64,000 nt of DNA from Mytilus edulis (GCF_963676685.1 NC_092351.1:27962001-28026000); one strand, 5' to 3'; counted from the stretch's first letter, positions 38,959 through 52,875 are shown. Program-made: numbers and translations. Notes: generated by a model not told the origin, from the sequence alone.

Positions 38959-41195
38959 TTCAACGTCTTGTTGGGCGGATATGATTTATGCGGGAAAATC
39001 GTTGACGTCATGTGTTAAAACAGTTATTGGCCAATCAAATCGGTATATGTTTTAATTTGCACAGCACGAGATGACCCATTAACCCGAACTCCTTCGTCGT
39101 TCGGGTTAAACAGGGTCACTCGAGCTGTGCAAATTAAATCCCATATACCGACTTGCTTGGTCAATAACTATAACTTGTTATTTGTAAAGTAGCCCCCGAC
39201 CTCCAGCAGTCAGGCGGGCACGCAACTAAAAGATCGCTGGGGCGGTTCAATATCTATAGACATATCAAAGTTTTTAACATTGTATTTCCATGTACCTAAA
39301 GTATGAATCGATCATGTATTATATTATTTACTTCAACCTTTTTGTAATTTTTTGATAGTGTTTATTCAAGTCATATTAACTTCACTTACTTTGAACGGAT
39401 TCAAAAGCTGTATTTTTGTTGATGGTAGATTTTTTTGCGACTGTGTGAGTTGTTCTGGTTAGGTTTTTAATTAGAATTAAGCTTGAATCTAATGTGACGT
39501 GCTTCTTTAGCTTTGTAAACAACACTGTGATAAAATTCGCGATAAAATATACTTAGCGCAGACGCAGACTCAGAGACATACATAATAATGGCTGTTACAA
39601 TCTGAATTAATACTATAGTATCTATTTGAAGTGACTTATAGGTCCATTGGGCCGGGTGTAATTTAATTGAAATATTTCAATATTGTACATAATTTGTTAT
39701 ACACAATGTCACTATAATAAACATATTTGTATTGTATTGTATTGTATTGTACAATCTACTTCCCCCGTAAATCTTCATGTATTGAAACCTATTTGCAGAC
39801 TCTTTGCCGATTTTATTGTTTTAAAAAGTGCAATTAAAATAAGGCAAAATAACTTTTATTCCAATTCGTATGCCTAATAAAAAAAGTAATGCACAAGAGC
39901 TCGGAGAAATCAACAAAATAAAAATGAGATAAAATTCCGCGAAAGTCTATTAATCTTTTTGGCGCATTTAAGTCATTTCAAAACATGACGTCATACAAAT
40001 GAAACCGCTAAAGTTGAAAGTTTTACGTTACGTGAACCATCGGAATTCGGATGATTATTGTATTAAAACTGATTTTTGGAGGTAGGTTTTGTTTTATTTT
40101 CTTTTCTATTGCGTTATTCGCAAATTTACTCATTTCAGCAAGTCAACATGGCGGCTCCTTAGTCACAAAATGTCAACTTTGGATTTGACGGAAGCTTACG
40201 AGAAAAACATGTAAATTAAAAATGGCAAATGTTGGGTTTGAGAACTTAAACATGACGTTAAAGAATTAAAAAGTTTTTTTCTAGCAGTTATTCTCGAAAT
40301 AACCTACGCAAGTTATATATTTATAAAGATATTTGAGCTTTATCTAAAAGGGAGTAAAAAAGAACAGCCACATACATGACATAATGACCGTGTTTGTCCT
40401 ATTAGAATCGAAATAATTCATGGAATTTCCAACAATTTATGGCTTCCATGAATTATTTCTTAATTAAGGTCACTTGATGATGTCAAACACTTCCTTATCA
40501 CTAAATAAAGGTTTAGTTTGGTTTGATGTGATGAAATGTTGAATCACATTAATAGTTTGGTCTTCTCTTATTTTTATTATTTTCACTCGCATTTCTTGGA
40601 AAAAAGCACTTCTTATTAAAATAACTTTCAATTCAGGCCATTTGCATGTGTTAGACATTATGCACCCGTTATCTCCTATTGTATGACAAAACAAATTTTT
40701 AATAACAAAACATCCGACTGCATTTGCTTACGCTATCAGTATTGATACAGGCGCGCGAAAGGTCACAGTATATGATACTTATATTTGCCAATGAGCAAAC
40801 TCCAACCAAAGACATTTAAAACTGTAGGTCAACGTACAACCTTCGCCTCTGACAATGAGGTCAAAGGGTTAAAAGTGCAGTGTTGAACTAAAATCAAATT
40901 CAATATTCACGTCTGCAGTTTTCATCTTTGTAAAAACAATACATTGCTTATCAACTGAAGACATCAATATGATCTTTAACATGAATATAGATTCTTCCAC
41001 TGCATCGAGTGTTACAAACTATTTATCTTAACCACTAGAGACAGTTTAATTTTCAAATTAAGAACTGTACTAAAAAAATAATGCAACGCTATATAAATAT
41101 AAAAGTTAAGAATGCGTTGTATGAATCAACGAGACTACAACTAAACACAATCATGTTTTCAAATATCTCAAGTATTTCTTTAATTTTCTCTACAG

Positions 41196-43890
41196 AAAGA
41201 TTTTAAAGAACCTTTTATGTTTTAGGAAGAAGGAAACTGGGAATCTTTAACTTGCAGATTGAACCAAATATGTTTGACATATGACTTGGCAGATGTGTTC
41301 TTCTCATTTGAAGGTGAAAATGTATCACACTTTCCAGCTCATAGAATGATCTTAGCTTTGAGAAGTCCTGTATTCAAGGCCATGTTTTATGGTAGTTTTC
41401 CACAAAGTGAAGGCGATATAAGGATCGATGATATCAGCTTGAATACATTCAAAGAGTTGATGAAGTAAGAAGTAATCAATTGTCACTCTGGTAAAGAATC
41501 TGGTATGATGGCCTATGAGACAACTCTCCACAAGAAACAAAATGACACAGAAATTCAGTTAGCATTTGAAATTTATAGCCTACGGGTACAGAATATTTGA
41601 TGTATGATTTATATATTTTGCTTTACGTCTTGTTTCGTTTGCCGATATTCGATCTGTACAGGATATTTTACCAGCTTCGATACTAGACATGGGCGTGATG
41701 ATCTCTTGATAAATATACTATAATGACCTCATGAATCTATTATTTCAAGGGACTTTTGTTGGTATAATTTTTGCCTCTATGTCTTAAATTGAACATACAA
41801 AAAAATCATTAAATTGCATATACATATATATTGAACTATAACTTTAGAGCATTTATGGGCCTAAAATGAAATTTTTTGACTAATTTTGTATGTAAACATA
41901 TTATCTACCTAACATAAGTAGAATCAAGCTGGTGGAATAAAAAGTAAAACAATGTCTACAAATTATTGGATGTAACACGTCTTCTTATTGACTGAAAGCC
42001 TTTTGTCAATCAGCTCATACACATAATTATTTCATATGATCCTGACGTCACCATTATTTGTTTTCAAAATTTACTCTTTACAAATGGAATTTATAATAGA
42101 GTTATTAGGAAAGATTGTACTATTTTGTCTGTCTATTCGAATTAACATAATAAATGTGGTATACACTTTTAAAAAACACGCTATGCAGGTTATTGAACGT
42201 GATTTAATCATTTTGGGGCCTACTTCTTGCTCTGAAATGAATATTTTTTACTAATTTATTTTTTTCTGTGTCCGTAAAATTGAAAACCATAATCGAAACG
42301 TAAAGTAACTATAAACAGAAAACTGATTGGAAAAAATAAGATCTACATAATGTCAGTAAAGGCAGAATACAATGAATTGCACTAAATCGGAGTTATAACT
42401 TTTGAATGACGATTTGAACAAATTTTGCAAACTATAATTTGTAAAGCATCAAAAGAGATGGGCAATACAATGCCAACTAAAATGCACAACGACTTTAACC
42501 ATTGGATGACCCCTTAATGCAAAAGTTGCATATTATCTTAAAAACTTCAACCGATTTGCATATTGAAGAGCTCCTAATGGGTGTAGTTATCCTTACAAGA
42601 GTTTTTGTTAAAACTAATGGGTTTGCCTATTATTGCTGAAAACTTAAATATATTTTACAGAGAAAAAGGGGAGAGGGGGGGGAATAAACATTCGATTACA
42701 ATTTGTTTTACTCATAATATTTTAGGTATCTATATACCGATTATCTTCAGCTTACCAAAAAATCCGTCATTCCTTTATTGTATGCTGCTCAGAAGTATAT
42801 GATAGCAGGGTTAATCTCAAAATGTGAGAATTATCTACAAGATAGTTTAGCTGTTAAAAATGCATGTACACTTTTCAGTCATGCAAACCTTTTCACAATG
42901 ACTAAACTGAGAGCTAATGCACTCAAATGCATAGCAGATAATGCAATCGATGTTTTAAAAGATGACGATTTTCTCTTGCTCTTACCAAAAGACTTAGTTG
43001 AAATTCTTGAGCTTGATTCACTTTGTGTACAAGAAGTAGACGTTATCCGTGCTGTGCTGAAGTGGGTGGACCGTAAACTGACCAAGTCCAAGAACAAAAT
43101 TGACGGGAAATCCAGACGAGACGTTCTTCTCAAAGATGGTATTCTATTTACCATGGCAATTCCTCTACTTTCCATTGACGAGTTCACGTCAGTTGTAATC
43201 CCGAGTGGTGTTCTGACAGACGAAGAACAGTTACAGATTTTTAAAGCTATAACAATTCCTAATAAGGCATTAGCATGCGGAAAATTTAGAGTCAGTCCAA
43301 GAAAAGGAGGGAGGGTTGTGGAAGTGTTCGTTAACGATATAGTGTATCCAGGTAAAAACCGGTCAGGTGAAATGTATTCAATACATACTACTAATATACA
43401 ACCTGAAAATGTATCTGTGAAAGCAAACAAAAGGATCAAGATTAAATCAGTTACCCTCAAACCACAATTCGAACAACCAGGCCCGAATAACTGCAATTTT
43501 AAAGTTGATTTTAAAACTGTTACCAGTATGCAAAACATACCTCCTAGAATGGTCGATATGTATGACTGCTTTGAATATGAAAGAAATGGTATCGGAACTT
43601 CGGAAGGCACATTGAATGTAAAATTTGAAGGCGAAGCTTGCAAACTATCAATCGACAAAGTTATTCCAGAAAGTGAGATATTAGTTATGACAATCAAACC
43701 AGATATTTCTAATGAAAATCTTATGTGGGGAGCAAACCAACACGTGACCCAGAACTTACCACAAACATACGTATACCGACCAATACATGGTATGATGTAT
43801 GAGCACGAGTTATCTCAACAAACAACTCTTTACTTGTCACTTACAGGCGGACATTTAGTAGAAAGTTTTGAGGTAGTGGAGATTTGCTGA
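41196..43890 (+). CDS. BTB/POZ-BACK protein paralogue 2; exons 41196 (or 41226)-41464 and 42726-43890; 5' end possibly defective
   Basis: FPAHRMILALRSPVFKAMFYG; phase-2 intron AA|gtaaga...ttttag|G restores KYLYTD; collinear with paralogue 1 to ESFEV.E.C*. In-frame TAG at 41223-41225. Confidence 0.85.
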
Positions 43891-45038
43891 AATATCTAAA
43901 CAGTTATTCTTTTTAATCAACAAATTTAAATATAAAAAATAACTTTTCTTTGATAACTATTTATAAGAATGTATTTTGACAATTATATAAAACACAAGCA
44001 TTTTTAACCACAATAGAATACTAGTATATAAGAGATGGATAGCATGCGCAAATGAATCATGTTATTACGCAAGACGGGTTTTTTTTCAATTTAAATATGT
44101 ACACAATATGTTTTTCGAAGGATCGAAATTAAATATTCAACGATTTTAAAAATAGTAAGCACAGTATGGGTTTTGCACTGTTGACTGGCGTACAGCGATC
44201 TAGCTGTAGTTGCTACCTTCTTCGTCATTTGGTATCTGGTTGATAGTTGTCTCATTTGCAACCATAACACATATTCTGCTCTACAGAAAATTTGGACCTT
44301 CAAAATATCTCGTTAGAATTATCATGCAGGCTACGCATTAAATCTAATCTGTTAGACCAAAGTACAATTGTATATTGTCATGGGGATTTTTTAACGACGT
44401 TAACGTAATATCAATTCATCGAAAAGCAAAAAAATTGATTTCTTTCTTTTGGTCGAAAACTTCAGGCATACCAATATATCTGAGCCCTGTCTCCTTTCGT
44501 AATTTTTTAACGACGAGTCTGTCCTTAATCCGTCGTTTTCTGTTATCTCCTTTTTATTTTCATTTTTCTTTGAATATGGTTGCCTTTTTGATGTCTTCCA
44601 ATCAGGTTAAAAGAATAAATAAAAAAAATAATGAGACTTTGTTTGTGCATATTAGTATATACTAGACTATACAATTGATAATGGAAATGGGGAATTTGTC
44701 AAAGAGACAACAGCTTAACCAAAGGGCAAACACAGCCTAAGGTCAACAAAAGGTCTTCAACAAACTTACAAATTCCCGTACCAAGAGAAGGATTTCAGCT
44801 GGCCCCTTAACAAAACTGTGTACTAGTTCATTGATTATGGACGACACACCAAACTCCAAAACATATCAATAAACTAAAATTTAAAAACAAACATACTGGT
44901 CTAACAACGGCCACAGGGACTTATGTTTGGTTTACAAAGAACAACAAGCATTGATATTTTGAAATCGAAGTATCCCCTTTCTTAAGAATGAAATCATTAC
45001 AAATAAACTCATAGATACAAGGATTAAATTTTGTATTT

Positions 45039-45084
45039 ACGCCAGACGCGGGGTTCGTCTTTAAAAGACTCATCAGTGACGCTC
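45039..45084 (-). ncRNA. Family A hammerhead motif with damaged GAAA/helix III
   Basis: Minus strand: gcgtca-CTGATGA-gtcttttaaagac-GAAC-cccgcg-TC-tggcgt. Confidence 0.7.
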
Positions 45085-45276
45085 AAATCTAAAAAGGTTA
45101 AAAAGGCCAAATAAAGTACTAAAAGGAAGAGTATTGAGGACCAAAATTCCTAAAAGTTTTGTCAAATACAGCTAATGTAATCTATTCCTGAGGTAGAAAA
45201 GCCTTAATATTTCAAAAGTTCAAAAGTTTTGTAAGCAGTTAATTTACAAAGATATTCAAAATAAGTCAATTCCTTA

Positions 45277-46209
45277 AGCCTCGGTCACACCTTACCGGAT
45301 AGCTCGAACGGACGCCTAACGGATAACTTTTTTTCAATCCGTTCATGTCCGTTAGACGTCCGTTCTTATCCGTTAGACGTCCGTCCATATCCGTTGCATG
45401 TCCGTTAAGCGTACGTTTTATCCGTCGGCGTCCGTTCTGTCCGGTGGAAAATTTTGAGCATGTTCAAAACTTTGAACGGACGTCCAACGGATAAAATGTC
45501 CGTTGAACGTCCGTTAGGCGTCCGTTTTGTACGGTACTCGTCCGTTTCGTTTCCGTTTTGAATCCGTTACGTGTCCGTTATACATCCGTTGGAGGTCTGG
45601 AAAATAAATTTACCAACGGACTTCTACCGGACGTATAACGGATAAAACGGATGATGAACGGATCTGAAACGGATAAATGCCAATTGAAAATTTCGCGTCA
45701 GAAATGCCAATTATTGGTATGTCAGATTTCTTAAGGTTCATGAATTCTTATTATTCATAATCAATCTGAGAGTATCGGCACGTCTTCACAATCAAGCAGT
45801 TCTTATTCAGGCCAGACACTGCCCTTCCGTGGAATGTTGAAGAATAAACCAAAACCAGTCACACAGAAACATTTTAAATATATATGCGATTTACATGTAT
45901 TATTATTGTCGCCTTTGATTTTTCCGTATATCTTGTTCATCTATTTTATCCGGTACGCTTCCGTTAGGTGTCCGTTTTATGCGGTACTCGTCCGTTGGAT
46001 GTACGTATGACATCCGTTCTGTCCGGTACGTGTCCGTTTCTTGTACGTTGCATATCCGGTGTGTGTCCGTTATGCATCCGTTAAACGTCCGTTTTATTCG
46101 GTCAGTACATCAACGGACTCCCAACGGATAACAATTTTGTCAACGGACAACGTTTATTTTTATCCGTTAGGCGTCCGTTCGTGCTATCCGGTAAGGTGTG
46201 ACCGAGGCT
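45277..46209. mobile_element. PIF/Harbinger-type MITE
   Basis: ~48-bp TIR agcctcggtcacaccttaccggatagc.cgaacggacgcctaacggataa; TTA TSD at 45274-45276 and 46210-46212; dense tccgtt/aacgga subterminal repeats. Confidence 0.88.
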
Positions 46210-48327
46210 TTACAATGACAGAAAGAAAAAATAATATAAATGCCGAAATCCGTGAAAAAAACAAAACTAAAATCCGTATCATATGGCACATCCTAAAGAA
46301 CAAACAAATCAAACGAATAAACAACGATTGTCATATTCCTGACTTGCATTTTCTTAAGTAGAAAGTCAAGTCATTATTATTATATAACGATCAAATATCG
46401 ATAGAGAAATCGAAATCGGTTTGATATTGCCTGTTATCTGTTGTTATAAAGAGGAGAAATATAACAAATGGGTATTTACAATTATTAGTTCAAAACAGAG
46501 TGAGAATGACATGACCAAAAAATGAAAAACCAAAACGATCATCAAAAGATAAAAAGTAGTTTACAAAACACAACATAGAAAATTAAAGAAAGGTCAACAC
46601 GAACACCATTACATGTGCAACCCGTCGCAACGTTCATGTAAGTACAAACCCGGTGATACGTAATTCTATAAGTCAAATTCGTAGAAAAGAGGACGTGGTG
46701 GTAAAAACGATAAACATAGCCGTCGTCATCTGTGAAACAGATTTTCCATAACGGTCAACAAACTTGGGATAGCGTTCGTAAAATTTTCAAAATAACGACT
46801 TCTTATTCACAACAGGGAACACGTGGGTTAATAGCTTACTAAGTAGTAGCAACCCTCTTTCAAAGAAATCGGGATAGGAAATACAAGCTCTTGAATATCG
46901 TATTAGATTGATGATATTTGTTTTGAACATTTATAATTTTATACCCAATGATCTTACAATTACTTTGCCTTGCCCTGTACCTGTTTGTTAATGTATACTG
47001 ACAATGCTCCCGTTTCCATCAGACTTTATATTACAGTTGTAAAAACAAGATGTCCTTGTCAGAATTCTCATAAGATCTTTTAAGATTTGTTTATATATAC
47101 TGTTAATTGTTAGTCTCAATCAGGCTTTGTATGTCATTAGTTTGTTACACGATGCCCTCGTCAGATTTCTCAAAGGATATTTCCAGATTATGATTATTAA
47201 ACAAAATTCATAGTAGGCTTGATTTCAATTCTTTCTCCATACTGCATTCATTCTTTTCTACACGGATATCTGTCCATCACCACCATTATAATGATTCAGT
47301 GCATAGATCTTTGCAAAAAGTTTAGTCTCATCTGATGTAGGTGTATCGAATATGTATCCCTGTCTGAGGTAAAGATACCAAGAAACAAATTAATAACAAA
47401 AACGCGTCTGCGATAAAATGTTTTATACCTTCAGGCAACAGTAGTAAACCGCTTTTCAAAATTCATAAATCGATTAAGAGAAAAACAAAAACAAAACCGA
47501 GTTACAAACTTAAAACACATCAACTATAAGAGGAAAACAACAAAACAACATAACACTTAAGTACAACAAAAAACAAACGACAATGCAACATACATAGAAA
47601 CGAACTATTCGATAACAACTGCCATATTCCTAATTATAACTTGGTACAAGACATTTTAGGAAAAGATGATGGGTTGAACCTGGTTTGTGGCTAGCCAAAC
47701 TTTGCTTTTTAAGGCAATGTTAAACATACCGCTAAAATGACAACCTTACGTGATGGGAATACAGTTCCAATAAATGCAAGAACACTCAGACAAAGAAATA
47801 CATAAATAAATAATAAAAAAGCACTAAATCATACAATCGTTTAAAAAAAGACTTTTACAGGACAAGGATAAAAGTGAACAATTTTAAATTGTCTTTATTG
47901 GTAACATATTTTGAATCAACTTTATAAAATAGTCATTCGACGATTACAAAGTTCATTATACTTTTATTTTTATTTTTTTAAGAAGTATAATTGCCAAAAG
48001 GTCATGTATAGCATTGTAAAAATGTTTATTGATAAGGGCACACATGTATATTTCATGTATTCCAAAAAGGCAGTTTGTACAGATATCCGTTTTCTTGGAC
48101 CATATTAACACAGATTTCACTATGATTCTACATAATAATCTTTTATTGATTCTTCATACAGATAATGTAGTTAAACTAATGTTGTGGACTCTTACTCAAC
48201 TTTATCAACAACAAAAAATAAGAATGCCGACAATGTTGAATTACAAAAGCATCCAAAGCCAAATGTAGTAATTTTCGGTCGATGTTTCTATAATTGATTA
48301 TGACAGGTACCAGGCTTATAATTTAAT

Positions 48328-48373
48328 ACGCCAGATGCGCGTTTCATCTACATATGAATCATCAGTGACGCTC
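48328..48373 (-). ncRNA. Family A hammerhead motif with damaged helix II
   Basis: Minus strand: gcgtca-CTGATGA-ttcatatgtagat-GAAA-cgcgca-TC-tggcgt. Confidence 0.7.
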
Positions 48374-49278
48374 AGACCAAATAGTTATAAAGCCAAATAA
48401 GTACAAAGTTGAAGAGCATTGAGGACCCAAAACTCCAATAAGTTATTCCAAATGCGGCTAAGGTACTCTATGCCGGGGAACAGAAAATCCTTAATATTTC
48501 CAAAAATTCATAGTTATGTAAACAGGAAACTTATGACCATATAATTGATATTCTATCAACTCACACAAGTGCTGACTACTGGGCTGGCTAACATAGGAAT
48601 AGCATACATGGAAAGCCAACAACAAATATCAGCAGATGAATGAATAGAAACACAGATTGTTTCCTATACTGAAACATATCTAGCATGCATATAAGTGATT
48701 CAGTGTTTCATATAGAACACTAAATATATGTAACTGACTTTAGCGCAACCTGCCACTAAAATGATTTCGTTGTTTCTTACTGCATGCATTCAGCAATGTT
48801 TGAAACAGGTACACAATTTTCCCTATGTTAATGAAACTTGAATTACAAAAGCATCCAAAGCAAAATGTAGTAACTTTTTGTCGATGTTTCTACCATAACC
48901 ATCATCCGGTTGGCTAATATACCACAGGCTTCAAAATATATCATGAAATATGCTGAAAAATCACAGGTCAGAAAATAACATTACTTTGAATACACCTGTG
49001 ATGTTAATCTTATTAATAATTTATTAAGTTTTGGTCTCCTTTCTTGTGTACCATTAGGTGTCTGTTTGTCTTTTCCTTTTTATAGCCATAGCGTTGTCAG
49101 TTTATTTTCGATCTATTATTTGAATGTCCCTCTGGTATCTGTCGGCCCACTTTCAAACTGATTTTTTTTCCAGAAATGGAGAGTTATTTTTATTTGTTGA
49201 TCTTCATTTATCCAGACGTGTTGTCCTTTGAAGACTTTCAAATGCATTTTCATCAAAAAAAGTTTTAACCAATGTATA

Positions 49279-50288
49279 TGTTCTGGACCACATGAGTATT
49301 TGGACCATACTAGTATGGTCACGGCCATATGCGTGTACTCATATGGTCCGACCATACGCGTATGGTCGGACCATATGAGTATATACTCGTTTTGTTATTA
49401 ACGGGCCGGACCATATGAGTATTTGGACCATATAGGTATTAATTCAAATATGCATTTGAAACGTTTCAATAATAGTACAATAAACTTCATCTTAAAAAAA
49501 CCAATGATATTTACATAGAAACGTATTATTTTTATAATGCAAAGGCTACATTTATTATAAAAATTAAATATAGATACTACAGTAAGTTGATCATAGTTTT
49601 CATCGCTTATTGTATACCTGCATGTATGCTTAGGGTGACATTTACTTCCACACGGTACCGTAGCTTTTTCTGAATTTGCATGTCTTGGTTTTCCACGTTC
49701 CTATTCAGTTACACCTCTAAAAGTGAGGCTTCTTTGCAGCTGCGTGCAGTGATACCGAGGTCTCGGGCTATTCCAATGTGTCTACGGTGTTTAACAAAAA
49801 TATAGATCTCCAATATCGTAATATTACTACAGTACACGAATTCACAAGACAACTTATATAAACTGTGGTCCGTGCCGATGATGTCATCTACATTTCACAA
49901 TAAACGTGGTTTATAAAATAAATAGACGCCCTGTCAACCACCGGTATACGTAATGTAAAAAAGCTTCCTTTTACAATATGTGCATTTTATTTTGACATTT
50001 TCTTATTGTACTTACAAAAAGTGAAAAAAAAATTAATTGTAAAACTACAAAGTGATGTTTAGATTATCTTTTTTATTATAAAATATAATCAAATGACCTT
50101 TTAAACGACGTGACAACTAGAAGGGTAATACCTTATGAAGAATTAAAAAGTATTTAGAGTAAACATGTTAATTATCCCGACCAAACGCGTACGGTCGGAC
50201 TATACGCATATGGTCGGACCATTTGAGTATATACCCATATGGTCATGACCATACGCGTATGGTCCAAATACTCATATGGTCCGGAACA
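49279..50288. mobile_element. MITE with long TIRs and TA flanks
   Basis: ta|tgttc(t/c)ggacca.atgagtatttggaccatac ... gtatggtccaaatactcatatggtccggaaca|ta; repeated gaccata/tatggtc motifs. Confidence 0.85.
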
Positions 50289-51143
50289 TATATATTACTA
50301 AAGGACGTAACGCGATATTAAATAAAGAGGAAACAAACTTGCATTGACGCTATATCTGTTTACCCTTTCAATGCACCTGAGATTAGCTCCAGTTTTTTTC
50401 CTGTTGCTCTGTCTTTATGTGTTTAAATTGAAAACATAGTTAAAAACTATAATAAAAAAGGCAATTTTATACGTGTGCATGAAAAACAAATTGCTTGGTA
50501 GATCGGTCTTAACACAGCACAGACAACATTTTCCAATAGACAAAAAAAAAGTGGAAAAAATGTATTTTAACAAAAAGCATTTGACTAACAGGTCGAACAA
50601 CAAATAAATATATTAACACAAAGTACTAAGGCTAATCCATTGTACGTGAAACAAGGCATCAATTCAATGATGGTAGGCATAAATATGCATATACAATGTA
50701 CTTTAGTTTATAAAGTTTATTATTATGTTATATTTGGTAGAACAATACATAGCCACCGTTTTTATCGTTTCCTCCTGCACATTTGGCTCTTCGTAACCTT
50801 CTACTGTAAACATCAATAGAAATACCAATTAAAAAAGAGAGGCTGACAATACCAAAGGGTTATTGGAATCTAAAAAAATCAAAGATAAAAAGACAATACG
50901 TCGGCAAATAAAACCCCGATAAACGACAGAGGACATTATACAATGCACAACACAGACTACTTCAACTGAACACCATGAACCCCATAAATAAGCCAGGATG
51001 ATCTCATAATTCCGGAACAGTAAGCAGAGTTTCCACAACATTTGGTACCCGTCGTAATCTGTCAAATGTCTTGTTTTTCTTTTAGTCTTTTTTGTCTTCT
51101 TTTGCAAGTGGTTTCGATTGAATTATTTTATTTGCTCCCTTAA

Positions 51144-51852
51144 GGTAGCACAATAGAAAGATTTTTTCACTCCCAATCAGACAACTTTAAACTGATGTAA
51201 TTCACTTCATCCTTCTTTATATTTTATAAATGAAGTACCAAAAGAAAGAAGAAAGATTAATCTTTCGAATTGTGTTCATTATGACATAATTATTACATAA
51301 TTAATTATTATATAATTAGTTGCTATATTGTGATGTCCATACTTGAATGAATTTAGCGTCTTTGTTCTTCATAGCATCCCAAAATATTTTATAGATTCCT
51401 GTACAACACAGCTTGACCTCCAAAACTGTGTCTCAGATTTCCAAAAACATCAATAGAACAAATTTTATACCCAATTGAATTTAGTGGTCTCTTATGAATT
51501 GATATTGCAAACTTCATTGAAGATTTATTAGAGAATGAAATACAATAGGAAACATCTGAGAAACAGTTTTGGAGGTCAAACTGTGTGGTGCAAGAATCTT
51601 TAAAATATTTTGGGAAGCTATGAATAACAAAGAAGCTAAATTCATTCAAGTATGGACATCACAATATGGCAACTAATTACATAACAATTAATTATGTAAT
51701 AATTATGTCATAACGAAATTATCACAATTTAAAAGATTAATCCTTCTTCTTTCTTTTGGTACCTCATTTATAAAATTTAAAGAAAGATGAGTGGAATTAC
51801 ATCAGTTTAAAGATGTCTGATTGGGGATGAAAAATCTTTGTTTTGTGCTACT
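51144..51852. mobile_element. Foldback MITE with TTAA TSD (Kolobok-like)
   Basis: ~300-bp inverted arms (51144-~51442 and ~51548-51852) around a ~105-bp spacer; ttaa|ggtagcac ... gtgctact|ttaa. Confidence 0.85.
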
Positions 51853-52594
51853 TTAAATAATTTTCTCCTTTTATACAATAATTAAATGTTTACCAAGTCT
51901 GAAATAAATCAATACTATTGTATTTATTTTTATTTTTTTGTATTGTAGGTATCCGTCTTATTATAACCGAACTTAAGATTATAATTGTATCGCTTGCTGC
52001 TCCACGATTTGTGAACAACATATTTATTATATATCTGATAAAATTAATATACACATGGTCCTGATAAGTTGTGTATGCAGAAATTCGGCTGTTTTCATGA
52101 AAACTTTGCATTACAAGTGATATCTGTGTAAAATTATAACTGTTTGCAGTTCTTAAGATAAAAGAGAAAAGTTCAAAACTAAAAACGTGTTAATAGTCCT
52201 TAAAATCATAAAAGACTAGATTTCATCTAGATGTGCATTTATTTTTTGTTGTTATGACGACAGATGAAGTGATAAGATGATACAGAAATGTCGTTCTTAC
52301 AACATAAAGAGGCAATTTTTACGCATTTTATTTCAATACGGCCCTCGTCGGCTTCCATACAATAAAACATTTTTAAAGTTTACACAGTTTTATATAACAA
52401 TATTTATTGAGTTTCATATCGTTATTTATCTTCAATTGATTATTCTCAGTATAGTTATCAGAAACTTGAATAGATATATTACTTACTCCATTGAAGCACA
52501 TGTGCGTCTCTTGGTGTGTGTTTTATTCTCATTTTTGAATTTTATATTTTCATTTACGATGTTATCATTAGTATTTGTATGATTTTTTTACATG

Positions 52595-52875
52595 ACGTCA
52601 ATACTTGGCCCATTTTACAATCGATATATCACTTGTCCTACACAGATAATGAGTGCAACAACAATTTCTTATTTTGGAATTTTACTTTGTAATAAAAAAC
52701 AACAGCAGTGTAAGTAAATTTATTGGAGATAATAGTCAGGATAGATATTTCAACTCTTTCACGAGTTTCTACTGTTAACACTCTGGCGCCTTTTCGGGTA
52801 TGTTTTTAATATGATTTAATGTATGTAATGCATTTCACCCATTAAACATTTTTAAAAGTTATCTGCAAAGACCTG
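52595..52875 (+). promoter_or_regulatory. Paralogous upstream block 3 (probable promoter/5' leader exon of BTB gene 3)
   Basis: Homologous to block 1; GTAAGT donor at 52710. Confidence 0.55.

Larger units (their letters stand above)
36460..39169 (-). mobile_element. Crypton-type tyrosine-recombinase DNA transposon, apparently full length
   Basis: Intact YR gene; 148-bp terminal palindrome at 39022-39169; gtcatgtgttaa (39007-39018) is the inverted partner of ttaacacatgac (36480-36491). Confidence 0.8.

Noticed and set aside
42879-43697. 272-aa antisense ORF (also 25266-25790, 6468-6752, 37640-38061, 38666-38944)
   Set aside because: Shadow ORFs opposite real coding sequence; broken in the paralogue and lacking motifs.
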